Shown here: piece by piece, positions 47,293 to 56,286 of the stretch
Layout of the letters: every line of letters starts with the position of its first letter
Numbering within the stretch: position 1 is the first letter of the stretch
IMG/VR virus record: IMGVR_UViG_3300021957_000035
Span: 1 to 60,823 of that record
Origin: a virus
Lineage: Duplodnaviria; Caudoviricetes
Length of the DNA: 60,823 nucleotides
Reading direction: 5' to 3' (one strand)
Notes under the pieces: generated by a model
What the model saw: the letters and a program-made list of their open reading frames with translations, nothing else
The model's database searches: none
Told to the model about the DNA's origin: nothing
Made by a program: the position numbers and the translations under genes

Positions 47293-48102
47293 TTATCTAT
47301 CGGTAACTCTACGTTTATTAAGACCTAAACGCCGACCAAGACGACTATTTGAAAGGTCATTCCCTTTTCTTCTAGCTGCAGCTGAAGCTTTTCTGGCTTT
47401 TTCTAATGCAGCTTTTTGAGCAGCACTCCCCCATTTTTTAGCATTTCCAGGAGCACTCTTTGCAGTAGCTTTTACATTCTTTTTAGCCATAAAAACTTTA
47501 CCACTAGCAATAGTTTTAGCTCTAGAAAACTTTGAACCAAACCCAACATTATCTTTTACAGCGGCTTTAACCTTACGACCTGTTTCCGAATTTTTTGCTC
47601 TACGAAAACTTTTAACTAATCTGCTTGGTGTTTTACTTCCGCTTTGGCCAAATTTACGGTTAGCTTTTTCACGACCACTTTCACCTTTAAATCTGTTAGT
47701 TTGACGAGTAGCTCTTTCACGACCACTTTCTTTAATAGATGTAGCTGCTTTACGAATACCTTTTTCACGACCAGTTTGACGTACCGTCGAACCTGTCTTG
47801 CGAACAGCCTTTTCACGACTAGTTTGGCGTACTGTTGAACCTGCCTTGCGAACAGCCTTTTCACGATTAGTTTGAGTTACAGTAGAACCTATTTTACGAA
47901 CCGCACCCTCTCGTGCAGTTTGAGTTACAGTAGATCCTATCTTACGAACAGCTTTTTCACGACTACTTTCGTAAATAAATTCCCCTGCATCTTTAATGCC
48001 ACCCTCCCTAGCGTCAGGTCTACGAGAGGCTCTGTATGCCGCAATTTTTCCTAGTATTTTGTTATATGCTTTTTGGGATGGTCTATAATATTTTTCTGCC
48101 AT
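47293..48102 (-). CDS. highly basic repeat protein
   Basis: About seven 16-aa repeats REKAVRKxGSTVxQTx. Confidence 0.75.
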   Translation of the reverse strand: MAEKYYRPSQKAYNKILGKIAAYRASRRPDAREGGIKDAGEFIYESSREKAVRKIGSTVTQTAREGAVRKIGSTVTQTNREKAVRKAGSTVRQTSREKAVRKTGSTVRQTGREKGIRKAATSIKESGRERATRQTNRFKGESGREKANRKFGQSGSKTPSRLVKSFRRAKNSETGRKVKAAVKDNVGFGSKFSRAKTIASGKVFMAKKNVKATAKSAPGNAKKWGSAAQKAALEKARKASAAARRKGNDLSNSRLGRRLGLNKRRVTDR

Positions 48103-48117
48103 TTATTTATTCCTTTG

Positions 48118-49446
48118 TTAAAAACTAAACCCGCGCTTAACGACTTTAGTTCCTGCTCTAATTGGGTACAGATATTCTACTGCATAACGCAGGGCATCTG
48201 TCCAGTGTTCAATACCTTCCTTTTTGTCAATCGTAGCACTATCTGGGTTAGACTCTACCCACTGTGTACGCTCTAGAGACCTTATTGTATTAACACACTT
48301 AGGGTGTATAAGCATGTCAATATCACCATTGGCGTTCTTAAACTTTTTATTTACAGCTGCTACTGAGTCTACAATCGGTGGAGCTTTTGTGTGTGCTCTG
48401 GTGACGATCTTGTTTGTCTCTAGGATCTTGAAATCGGTAACACCGACAGCAGCTGAAGTTTTTCTCGCCCTCCCAGAAGGATCCGGATAGCTAATGATAC
48501 GATGACCATTATACTTTTCCGTAAGCGCCCTTGCTAGGGTTTCAGTATCGGGATGTCCTTGCATCTCATCTAAGATGTGTATTTGACTACCCCTAATTGC
48601 GAAGATAACTGATGCCATAATACCAACGTTAAAGTCGATAGCTACATGAACATCCTCTTCGTCTTGGAATGAAGGAAGTGTTTTGTCTATATGATCCTTG
48701 CGGTTAAATGTATAGAATACATTGGTGCCAGAGTCTTCGAAGCTTGCAGTATACTCTCTGGCAAACTTTAAAGGATCAAGTGTTAGTTTTACTCTCTCAA
48801 TTTCCTCTTCATCAAGGAATGGAGAATCGTGATATGTGTAATGATAGTTCTTCCAGTCTTCATCAGAATCTTGTCTGTTATACATCTCATAAAAGTAGTC
48901 ATAACCTTTGGGAGTGCTAATAATAAGCGCTCTACCTGAGTTAGCTCCAAACTTCTTAGCGTTTTGAGGAGACCAACGAGTACTAACACAAGGTTGTATA
49001 ATAGATTCCCAAGACTCCTTGAGATTCATACCTGCACCCTTCCATGAAGTAACCTCATCGGCTACTACAAAGTATTGACCTGTACCACGCATACGCTGTG
49101 ATGCCTCATACGACCATAACTTTAATTGTACATTTCTAGGAAACCAAAACGTACCAGCAGCTTTAGATGCTTTATCAGCAAAGTCTTCCATGCCTAACTG
49201 CCAAGCTATTAGTGGATAGTAAATATCTACTGCCTGAGAGTAAGTAGGTGCTATTAGTGCTACGTTCTTATTAGGTACTGACTCGTCTAATTCCATTAAC
49301 TCTTGTACTGCTACGATAGCTGCTGTTGCTGCTAAGTAAGACTTACCAAAGCCACGACTAGCATTAACTACTGCATATCTGCAAGACTTATCTACGAACA
49401 GATCTCTGATAACATCAGACTGTCCTTCATGTAAATTAATTTCCAT
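48118..49446 (-). CDS. terL: terminase large subunit
   Basis: ASRGFGKS (Walker A), VVADE (Walker B), ISTPKG, AIDFN, EHWTDALRY. Confidence 0.95.
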   Translation of the reverse strand: MEINLHEGQSDVIRDLFVDKSCRYAVVNASRGFGKSYLAATAAIVAVQELMELDESVPNKNVALIAPTYSQAVDIYYPLIAWQLGMEDFADKASKAAGTFWFPRNVQLKLWSYEASQRMRGTGQYFVVADEVTSWKGAGMNLKESWESIIQPCVSTRWSPQNAKKFGANSGRALIISTPKGYDYFYEMYNRQDSDEDWKNYHYTYHDSPFLDEEEIERVKLTLDPLKFAREYTASFEDSGTNVFYTFNRKDHIDKTLPSFQDEEDVHVAIDFNVGIMASVIFAIRGSQIHILDEMQGHPDTETLARALTEKYNGHRIISYPDPSGRARKTSAAVGVTDFKILETNKIVTRAHTKAPPIVDSVAAVNKKFKNANGDIDMLIHPKCVNTIRSLERTQWVESNPDSATIDKKEGIEHWTDALRYAVEYLYPIRAGTKVVKRGFSF

Positions 49447-49455
49447 AACTATTCT

Positions 49456-49920
49456 CTAATTTAATGTTGTTAACCATACAAAGCCTGTGAGACAGCCTAG
49501 CAAGAATATTAATAAAAATATTCCAGCACTCCACTCAATTATAGACTGTTTGAGTTCCATCTTACGAAACTCATGGTCCTTTTTCTTTTTACGAATCTCT
49601 GCTTCAATACCTAGAAGCTCTTCCCAATGTGATGGGCCATAGGCAACACAAATAAAGTCTTTTAACTCTTTACGCATTGCTTCTTTTTTCTTTTGTGCAG
49701 CAAATAACTGCATAGCTTGTGCTTCTGTACCACCTCCTAAAGCTTTATACCAAGGTGGATTATCTGTTTGTTTCTGAGCAAAGTCTATGTCAGCCATAGC
49801 ACCTGCCCATTGAGAGAGTTGACCTCCCATGTCTTGTAAGTCTCTACCTATACTGATGCCTTTTTTGATAGCGTTAAACGCAGCCGAGGCTCCAGCAATA
49901 GCAGTAATTGGATCTATCAT
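49456..49920 (-). CDS. membrane-anchored hypothetical protein
   Basis: MIDPITAIAGA start; C-terminal TM segment. Confidence 0.7.
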   Translation of the reverse strand: MIDPITAIAGASAAFNAIKKGISIGRDLQDMGGQLSQWAGAMADIDFAQKQTDNPPWYKALGGGTEAQAMQLFAAQKKKEAMRKELKDFICVAYGPSHWEELLGIEAEIRKKKKDHEFRKMELKQSIIEWSAGIFLLIFLLGCLTGFVWLTTLN

Positions 49921-49963
49921 AGTATTCCCCTAGCTGTTATTAGTGCTATCAGGGATATATCTT

Positions 49964-50242
49964 TTATCTACCTTGTATACTTTTCTGTCTATCTTGTTCC
50001 ATCATATCTCTGATGGCCTTTATATTCTCATCCATACGTACCATAGTTAAAGCTTGAGTCTGAACTATATCTTCTAAAGCTTCTAAGCGAACCTCTTGGC
50101 GCATTAAGTCTCTAGTATTATTCTGTATAGCATTATCTAAGCTAGATACATACCATACAAGAGCTATTGTTTGAAATAAGATGGCTAAAATAAATGTTAC
50201 AGGCACACTCTTAGAGAGATGCCAAGCGTCTGAATCACTCAT
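49964..50242 (-). CDS. single-TM coiled-coil protein
   Basis: TM segment followed by heptads. Confidence 0.65.
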   Translation of the reverse strand: MSDSDAWHLSKSVPVTFILAILFQTIALVWYVSSLDNAIQNNTRDLMRQEVRLEALEDIVQTQALTMVRMDENIKAIRDMMEQDRQKSIQGR

Positions 50243-50603
50243 CGTCTTTTTCCTTATTATTAGTGAGTAATATAGAGATAGGTTTCTTTTCAGTAACCTC
50301 TTGCTCGATCTTGTCAGGGATTTTCTTATAGCCGTACATCATTAAGTTATTAATGAGAGTGCCTTGAGTAGCTACTAGTTGAGCATATGCACCACCACCT
50401 AAAGGTGTTTTACCGCTATGATGATGAGCTAACTGCTCTTCAATGTAGTTATATTTCTTAACCATCATTTCAATAGGATCAAATTGAAGCTCTTCAAGCT
50501 TTCTAACAGACGCCATAGAGTTAATATTCTTAGACCCTTTAGGACGACCAGCGCCTTCACGCCGACCACCCATTTGAGGCTTAGTCGGATTCGGATTAGC
50601 CAT
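50235..50603 (-). CDS. putative terminase small subunit
   Basis: GGRREGAGRPKGSKN; first gene after the late promoter and upstream of terL. Confidence 0.6.
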   Translation of the reverse strand: MANPNPTKPQMGGRREGAGRPKGSKNINSMASVRKLEELQFDPIEMMVKKYNYIEEQLAHHHSGKTPLGGGAYAQLVATQGTLINNLMMYGYKKIPDKIEQEVTEKKPISILLTNNKEKDDE

Positions 50604-50755
50604 TTTGTTCAGTCCTTCTTTCTGGAATGTTTTTCAATTGAAATTTTTTATAATTATTTTCATATATTTAAAAGAATACTATAATAACTTATTGAAAACA
50701 TTTAATTTCTTATTTATAACCAACCAATACAAAAGTATAGTTTTTAATACTTACA

Positions 50756-50897
50756 CTAAGGATACCAAAGTGATATCAATAACCCCCCGCGCTGTATACG
50801 CAAGAAGCATAGAGAGGATACTATCGGGGGGCATTCAGATCATTCTCTTTCAAGTATCAGTAGAGAAGTCCTAGATATCACTTTGGCAGAGCCTTAG
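50756..50897 (-). ncRNA. candidate three-way-junction RNA
   Basis: Perfect 13-bp IR 50765-50777/50874-50886 plus an outer 6 bp, enclosing two inner stems; just downstream of promoter 50915. Confidence 0.5.
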
Positions 50898-50914
50898 CAA
50901 AGTTATTAAGTTTA

Positions 50915-50933
50915 TTCTTAAACGTCAGGTATT
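50915..50933 (-). promoter_or_regulatory. phage RNAP promoter, class 2 late variant
   Basis: AATACCTGACGTTTAAGAA; heads the packaging and fibre operon. Confidence 0.85.
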
Positions 50934-51461
50934 ATTTTTTACAAATACTGCTAAGTGGCTTGAAGTATTATAATAAGTATTTTCTATAGTAAAATAATCT
51001 TTAAACTTATTTAACCACCACTCACTATCTTGTATTATCAAGTGAGCATTTCTACCATCGCTTAAAGTATGTCCTGCAGCAACTAAGCAAGGTTGAAGTA
51101 CTGCCCCGTAAGTATTTATTAATTGAATGTGTGATAATACATCACTTAAACACTCTGGTTCTACGTGTTCAAGAACATCAAAACAAACTACTATGTCAGC
51201 TTTTTTAGGACAAATATCTTTACTAATAATCGCAGGATCATATTCTAATACTGATACATCAGGGAAAAGTTTATTACAGACTTTTTTAAATGTTCCATTA
51301 CCACAACCATAGTCTAGCACTGTATCAATAGAATTATTCAAATAAGTTTTTGCTTTAGGTATAATCCACTTAACTTTAGTGCCTACACCACCACCCCAAC
51401 TTATTTTATTATGTTTTTGCTGAAGTTGTTGTTTATAATTTTCTGTATATAACATTTTCAA
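50925..51461 (-). CDS. class I SAM-dependent methyltransferase
   Basis: VLDYGCGNG, YDPA, DVLEHVEP. Confidence 0.85.
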   Translation of the reverse strand: MKMLYTENYKQQLQQKHNKISWGGGVGTKVKWIIPKAKTYLNNSIDTVLDYGCGNGTFKKVCNKLFPDVSVLEYDPAIISKDICPKKADIVVCFDVLEHVEPECLSDVLSHIQLINTYGAVLQPCLVAAGHTLSDGRNAHLIIQDSEWWLNKFKDYFTIENTYYNTSSHLAVFVKNNT

Positions 51462-51739
51462 ACCGATATGTCTAGAACTTCACCTTGAAATAATCGTTGT
51501 CTTTCATAGTAAGTGTTGTTTTGTTGTTTTTGTAACTCCATTAACTTCTCAGCTTTTTCTCTCCAGTTTTCTTCTAAAACCTTTTGAGATCTTTTATCTT
51601 GAGCTGTTAACATTTCTTCCCTAGTTTCCCGATAAGCACCATCTTCAGGCATTAAAGCTTCATTATAAGGCTTAAAGAGAATGTTGTCGTGAGTTTGGAA
51701 AGGCATACTTGGTAAAGGCATGTGAGATAATAATGTCAT
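51458..51739 (-). CDS. hypothetical protein
   Basis: Likely start MTLLSH with AGGA SD. Confidence 0.6.
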   Translation of the reverse strand: MTLLSHMPLPSMPFQTHDNILFKPYNEALMPEDGAYRETREEMLTAQDKRSQKVLEENWREKAEKLMELQKQQNNTYYERQRLFQGEVLDISV

Positions 51740-51770
51740 AGCTTTCCTATTTGAAAAAAAAAAAATAATA

Positions 51771-51822
51771 TCCCCACACCTCCCCAACCACCCCCGAAGG
51801 AGCAGCTAGAGAGATGTGGGGA
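51771..51822 (-). terminator. 24-bp UUCG hairpin followed by a T run
   Basis: Uninterrupted 24-bp stem with 7 G-U pairs, minus strand only. Confidence 0.8.
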
Positions 51823-51827
51823 AAAAT

Positions 51828-52190
51828 TTAATAAGAGAAGATACTGTCTTTAATTTCTAGACCAACAAAGATATTACTTGCAATATCATCTGTATCAAAG
51901 TCTGTTAGGTTTGTTTTAGCAAAAGCTTGTGTGCTATTACCTAATGCATAACCTAGTTTTAAAGAGGGAGTAAATTCTTCTGCATCATCGTCATAAGTAA
52001 TTACACCGTGTAGTGATACAGCATTTACACCAACAGTATAAGAACCATAGTAAGATACATCTTTAGTGCCTTCGTAATTAACACCTAGTGCAGCGTTATT
52101 ATAAGCGAATTCTACGTAAGGCGTGATGGTTGGATACTCATCTACCTTTTCAATTTGTGCTGCTAGTGCAACGCCAACTAGTAAGTCCAT
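51828..52190 (-). CDS. beta-rich hypothetical protein
   Basis: Likely start MDLLVG with AAGGA SD; alternating hydrophobic pattern; terminal Y. Confidence 0.6.
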   Translation of the reverse strand: MDLLVGVALAAQIEKVDEYPTITPYVEFAYNNAALGVNYEGTKDVSYYGSYTVGVNAVSLHGVITYDDDAEEFTPSLKLGYALGNSTQAFAKTNLTDFDTDDIASNIFVGLEIKDSIFSY

Positions 52191-52209
52191 TTTATTTTCC
52201 TTTGTTAAG

Positions 52210-52416
52210 TTAGGGTATGTATCCCTCTGTACTGGCAACATAGCCAGCAAAATAAGAGTATCGAGGATCCCATCGGAGCTTATACTCTTGTTTGTTAAAT
52301 TCTACTACCATGATGTCATGGTCCATAGGGTCTTTTGAGCTTTGCATTTCAATAAAATCTACAAGTAAGTAGCTAAGACCTTGATTATAAGGGATAAATG
52401 TTTCAGTAGTATTCAT
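52210..52416 (-). CDS. hypothetical protein
   Basis: Coupled ORF. Confidence 0.6.
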   Translation of the reverse strand: MNTTETFIPYNQGLSYLLVDFIEMQSSKDPMDHDIMVVEFNKQEYKLRWDPRYSYFAGYVASTEGYIP

Positions 52417-52814
52417 TACACTTCTTCCAATACAATAAACTTTACGTTATAAGGGTTAGGTAACTTTTTAACATCATCAATGTGATCTTTAGATACTACC
52501 ATAACTTCTACTAAAGGCTCTTCAACAAAGCCTACGTGATGTCGTGTATCCCAACGATACATAGAAAAGCTTCTTTGACCAATCTTACGATTAATATTAG
52601 ATAACTTAGATTCATTAGGGTCAGTGCAAATAATAGACATATCAGGGTGTTTCCATAAGTAGTCTATCAAGTGTTCTGTAAATTCATCTACCCCATAAAT
52701 AGCACAAACACCTAACTCTCCATACTTTTTGTAATAATCATCAGCAGAAGTTTTAGGGTTATGTTTTAGCTTTATCTTAGCGGGTCTACCTGCCTTCTTT
52801 TTAGTTGTTGTCAT
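52416..52814 (-). CDS. hypothetical protein (possible Rossmann-like fold)
   Basis: VCAIYG...IICTDPN pattern. Confidence 0.55.
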   Translation of the reverse strand: MTTTKKKAGRPAKIKLKHNPKTSADDYYKKYGELGVCAIYGVDEFTEHLIDYLWKHPDMSIICTDPNESKLSNINRKIGQRSFSMYRWDTRHHVGFVEEPLVEVMVVSKDHIDDVKKLPNPYNVKFIVLEEV

Positions 52815-53022
52815 CCCTTAGTCTTTCTGTTAATTCTTTATAACCACCAATTAAATTTAGTACTACTGGTACAGTTGTCATTCCTAAATCTAACTTAATT
52901 AAATCCATGTACTGAGGATTAATATTAATATCTTTGTATACATAAGGGGTGTTAGTACTATCCAAAAGGTTAATTGCTTGAGTACAATGTCCACATTTCT
53001 CTCGCCCTAATACCAAATACAT
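52801..53022 (-). CDS. glutaredoxin
   Basis: CGHC, TVP, IGGY. Confidence 0.9.
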   Translation of the reverse strand: MYLVLGREKCGHCTQAINLLDSTNTPYVYKDININPQYMDLIKLDLGMTTVPVVLNLIGGYKELTERLRDDNN

Positions 53023-53189
53023 TATTCTTCCTCATCCTCTTCAGAGGCAGCTAAACAAGCCATAAACCCTGCTTCAAACAAAACATGAAATATATCATTT
53101 AATGAGTTATCAGAGTTTAAATCAAATCCATCTTCCATAAATTCATTAAAATACTCTAATACTATAGCATCTAATTCTTCAGGTGTCAT
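53022..53189 (-). CDS. small acidic protein (55 aa)
   Basis: Read by hand, MTPEELDAIV...; fills the gap. Confidence 0.6.
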   Translation of the reverse strand: MTPEELDAIVLEYFNEFMEDGFDLNSDNSLNDIFHVLFEAGFMACLAASEEDEEE

Positions 53190-53388
53190 TTCTTTTTCCT
53201 GTTTTCATTTTATCTTTTTCTAACCAAATTAAGTGGCTAATATCACCACGGCTTAACCCAATGTCTTGAAGAGTTTGATCATCTAAACTATTAAGCTGTT
53301 TAATAGTTTCTCGATGTGCTCTCCAGGTTTTTAAGTATTTAACGTATCGAACAATAATATGTTCTTTTAAGTATTTAAGCATTATCAC
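53179..53388 (-). CDS. DUF1127 family small protein
   Basis: WRAHRETIKQLNSLDDQTLQDIGLSRGDI. Confidence 0.85.
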   Translation of the reverse strand: MIMLKYLKEHIIVRYVKYLKTWRAHRETIKQLNSLDDQTLQDIGLSRGDISHLIWLEKDKMKTGKRNDT

Positions 53389-53560
53389 TCCAAGCTATGC
53401 ACTTCCAATCGTGTGCAACCCATCTGCGTTCTTCAACATAAGCAATACCAAACCCTATTTGTTTTTCACATTCTTCTTTAGATGCAAATAAATTAGGATT
53501 AGCAAAACCTCTACATTCAGTTCCTTCTATAGTACATGCTAATATAATTGCAGTAAACAT
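53375..53560 (-). CDS. small Cys-containing protein
   Basis: MFTAIILAC...C...EEC...WKC. Confidence 0.6.
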   Translation of the reverse strand: MFTAIILACTIEGTECRGFANPNLFASKEECEKQIGFGIAYVEERRWVAHDWKCIAWSDNA

Positions 53561-53678
53561 TTCTTTTCCAATCTAAAATGGTAGCCATCCTAGCCAAGCA
53601 AGAAAGTATAGTCCGACCCACGTATTAACTATACTTCCTGCAATAAACCCGAATGCATACCCTATTAATTTAAAGGTA

Positions 53679-53870
53679 TTATCCAATTTTATACTCCGAT
53701 TTAAGGGCTATAATATCCATAATATATTCATTACAAGCATCCCAATTAGTAAATACTTTTTTAGTATTATTATAATCACCATCTTCAGTTCGACCACTAT
53801 AATTTAACACATAACCATTTTCACAAAAGTCTACAGAAAAATCAGATACTTCTTTTACAATTTTATTCAT
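53679..53870 (-). CDS. hypothetical protein
   Basis: First ORF after promoter 53895. Confidence 0.65.
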   Translation of the reverse strand: MNKIVKEVSDFSVDFCENGYVLNYSGRTEDGDYNNTKKVFTNWDACNEYIMDIIALKSEYKIG

Positions 53871-53894
53871 TTATATCTCTCTTATATAATATTA

Positions 53895-53913
53895 TTCTTT
53901 AACGTCAGCTATA
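53895..53913 (-). promoter_or_regulatory. phage RNAP promoter, class 2 (TATAGCTGACGTTAAAGAA)
   Basis: Motif copy overlapping the nrdJ stop codon. Confidence 0.75.
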
Positions 53914-55780
53914 TTTCACAACCACCCGCTCCGCAAGCTAAGGTTTGAGCACCTTCAGTTTCATCTTCAAGTTCATAGTTAGGTAACAAAGAAAAGTCTA
54001 CTTTAGGAAAGGCGTGAACTGCTTTAATATACTCTTGCTCAGTACAAGGTGAATAAGGTGCTTGTGCGTAAGTATGTTCGCTATAAGGCAAGAAGCTAAT
54101 GCCAGTTACGTTATCAAAGTTCTTAAATACCCAATCACCTACTTCTAACCATTCATGTTCTTTTACATAGATAGTTACTGAGACTGAATGCTCTGACCAC
54201 CAAGTTTGATAAGCCAACCAGTTTTCAAGCTGCTCGATAGCTGTTTGTTCGTTAGCTAGTGTAGCACCTGCTGGTGATTTAATTGGGAAATAGAACACAG
54301 TAGTACGTTCTAAGTTCATAGCGTCTGGTTCGTTAGGTACACCTTGATCTTTAAGAAGTTGTGTTAAAGGATCATTGTTTGACTGACGAACAGATCGAAT
54401 ATAATAAGGGGCAAAGCGACCATGAATGCCACTAGCGCTGTCAACAAGCTGGCTAACAGTACCACTTGGCTTAACTGTAGTAATAGCTGTAGCGGGGTTA
54501 ATAGAAAGCCTTTCGGAATAGTCTCTATTAGTTTGAATGGCAACATCTTTCATTTCCTTTAACAGCTTTGGATCAGGATTTTGTAACAATTTACAGTCCT
54601 GAATACCAGTTAAGCTTACACCTAGTAAGCTTTCTTCTTCACAATTCTTTTGCCATACTTTACGCACGTATTTAAAGTCTGTTAGAGATGCTTGGAATGT
54701 ACCAAGAATAGTAGCAATGCGTACTTTATGCTTGAGATCTTCTTCTGTGTCATCAACACGACAGACTACTTCTGATAAGTTACACAGTTGCCCTGAACGT
54801 AGTAAGATTTCTGCACAAGGATTTGTACCACGAATTTGTGAACTATCTCTGCGACCACCGTTAGTGTTACGTTGAGCACCATAGCGACTGTAAATACCGC
54901 GCTCGCCAGAGCCTGATTTCTTAAGCGCTAACCACTCTTCCATGAATACATCCATAGAAGGCTTTTGATCGTAAGCTGCAGAGTTATTAGCTAAAGCACG
55001 TTGTGAGTTATTCTCCCACCACATACCTGATTTAGCATCCCGTACTTCTGGATCTGTAAGATCACTTAAAGAAATTAAAGCAGAGCGGCGTACACCACCT
55101 ACCACAACAATCTCTGCAATCTTACATACAATATCGTGTACTTCAATAGGGCGTAGTTTACGTCCTGCTGCGTTTTTAAAAGTAGTTGTTACAAACTCAA
55201 ACAAACGTTTAAGAGGTTCAGGACCAGAAGCCCGACCACCCATAGTTTTAAGACGCGCACCTTCTGGTCTAACTTTAGAATAATCCCATTCATGAATATT
55301 TCCTAAATATAAGTCTGCTACAAGTTTACGTAATCCCTTTGCCCAACCTTCAGCACTATCTTCAATTGGAATAGTACGTTCTGTTTTAACAAACTGATCG
55401 TTAATAATAGGTAGTTTATTTACGGCACTGGCTTCAGCTGAAAAGCCTACACCTGTTCCTGCCATAAGAATATAAAGTATTTCATCAAATACTCTAGGGT
55501 GATCTACTTCTACAAAGCTACAGTTGTAACCTCGAAAGTGATTCTTTGATAGTGCGTCTCCAGCACTCCACATAGAGCGCATAGAGGGCATGACTTCTTT
55601 GTTGTATACAGCATCATGCACCTCTTGGAATTCCGCATCAGTAATAACGTTATTACCAATTTGTTCTTTCCAAAATCCGATGAGTCTATCTACAGTTTCG
55701 TTCCACGTTTCGCGCCGATTCCAGTCAGCTATAAAACGTGAGTATCGTGAAAGATGGATAAAGTCTTCGTAAGCTTTCAT
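53909..55780 (-). CDS. nrdJ: class II (B12-dependent) ribonucleotide reductase
   Basis: YNC, GGVRRSA, TNPCAEI, LCNL, TVKPSGT, C-terminal CGAGGCEI; no beta-subunit gene nearby. Confidence 0.92.
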   Translation of the reverse strand: MKAYEDFIHLSRYSRFIADWNRRETWNETVDRLIGFWKEQIGNNVITDAEFQEVHDAVYNKEVMPSMRSMWSAGDALSKNHFRGYNCSFVEVDHPRVFDEILYILMAGTGVGFSAEASAVNKLPIINDQFVKTERTIPIEDSAEGWAKGLRKLVADLYLGNIHEWDYSKVRPEGARLKTMGGRASGPEPLKRLFEFVTTTFKNAAGRKLRPIEVHDIVCKIAEIVVVGGVRRSALISLSDLTDPEVRDAKSGMWWENNSQRALANNSAAYDQKPSMDVFMEEWLALKKSGSGERGIYSRYGAQRNTNGGRRDSSQIRGTNPCAEILLRSGQLCNLSEVVCRVDDTEEDLKHKVRIATILGTFQASLTDFKYVRKVWQKNCEEESLLGVSLTGIQDCKLLQNPDPKLLKEMKDVAIQTNRDYSERLSINPATAITTVKPSGTVSQLVDSASGIHGRFAPYYIRSVRQSNNDPLTQLLKDQGVPNEPDAMNLERTTVFYFPIKSPAGATLANEQTAIEQLENWLAYQTWWSEHSVSVTIYVKEHEWLEVGDWVFKNFDNVTGISFLPYSEHTYAQAPYSPCTEQEYIKAVHAFPKVDFSLLPNYELEDETEGAQTLACGAGGCEI

Positions 55781-55786
55781 AGTAAG

Positions 55787-56032
55787 CTACTCCTGTTCGT
55801 TTTCGTTAAAGTATTTAAATGAATCCAACGGTTTAGCCGCTGGTTTTTTATTTTTAGGTTTTGGTTTAGGCTTTAATACCGCTGAATACCACATAGTGCT
55901 AATTACATCTAATGCAGCTTGCGGGTACAACTTTCTAATATTAGGATTAAGAAGCCATTTATCAAAGTCTTCGTTTGAAAACCCTTTTTTCTTAAGCGAG
56001 TTATAAACCGCTGTCATTGTTTGAGTATACAT
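55787..56032 (-). CDS. hypothetical protein
   Basis: Coupled ORF. Confidence 0.6.
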   Translation of the reverse strand: MYTQTMTAVYNSLKKKGFSNEDFDKWLLNPNIRKLYPQAALDVISTMWYSAVLKPKPKPKNKKPAAKPLDSFKYFNENEQE

Positions 56033-56286
56033 TAATGCATATTCCTTTTTGATTGTAAGTGTGAATTCATTATCGTGTCTGCAAAATAATAAAACCTGTC
56101 ACCTAACTCTGTACTTTGTTCGTTAATGTTGTGAAAAGAATTAACTATCTTTTCTATAAATTCCATTACATTAGGATTAATTTCTGATACATCTGCACCA
56201 CCATCTAGTAGTTGCAATATTATAGACATCCAAAACTCGTCTGGTGGAGAATCAAACTCGCTCAAAGTTCTCTTCGTTGAATTCAT
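56032..56286 (-). CDS. hypothetical protein
   Basis: Coupled ORF. Confidence 0.6.
   Translation of the reverse strand: MNSTKRTLSEFDSPPDEFWMSIILQLLDGGADVSEINPNVMEFIEKIVNSFHNINEQSTELGDRFYYFADTIMNSHLQSKRNMH

Noticed and set aside
50605-50874. 89-aa plus-strand ORF in the terS leader
   Set aside because: Opposite to all other genes, TTG start, AT-rich low-information sequence; better explained as non-coding
53909-55780. Intein or intron in nrdJ (also checked terL and the helicase)
   Set aside because: Lengths are normal, motifs are contiguous and no splicing signatures were seen
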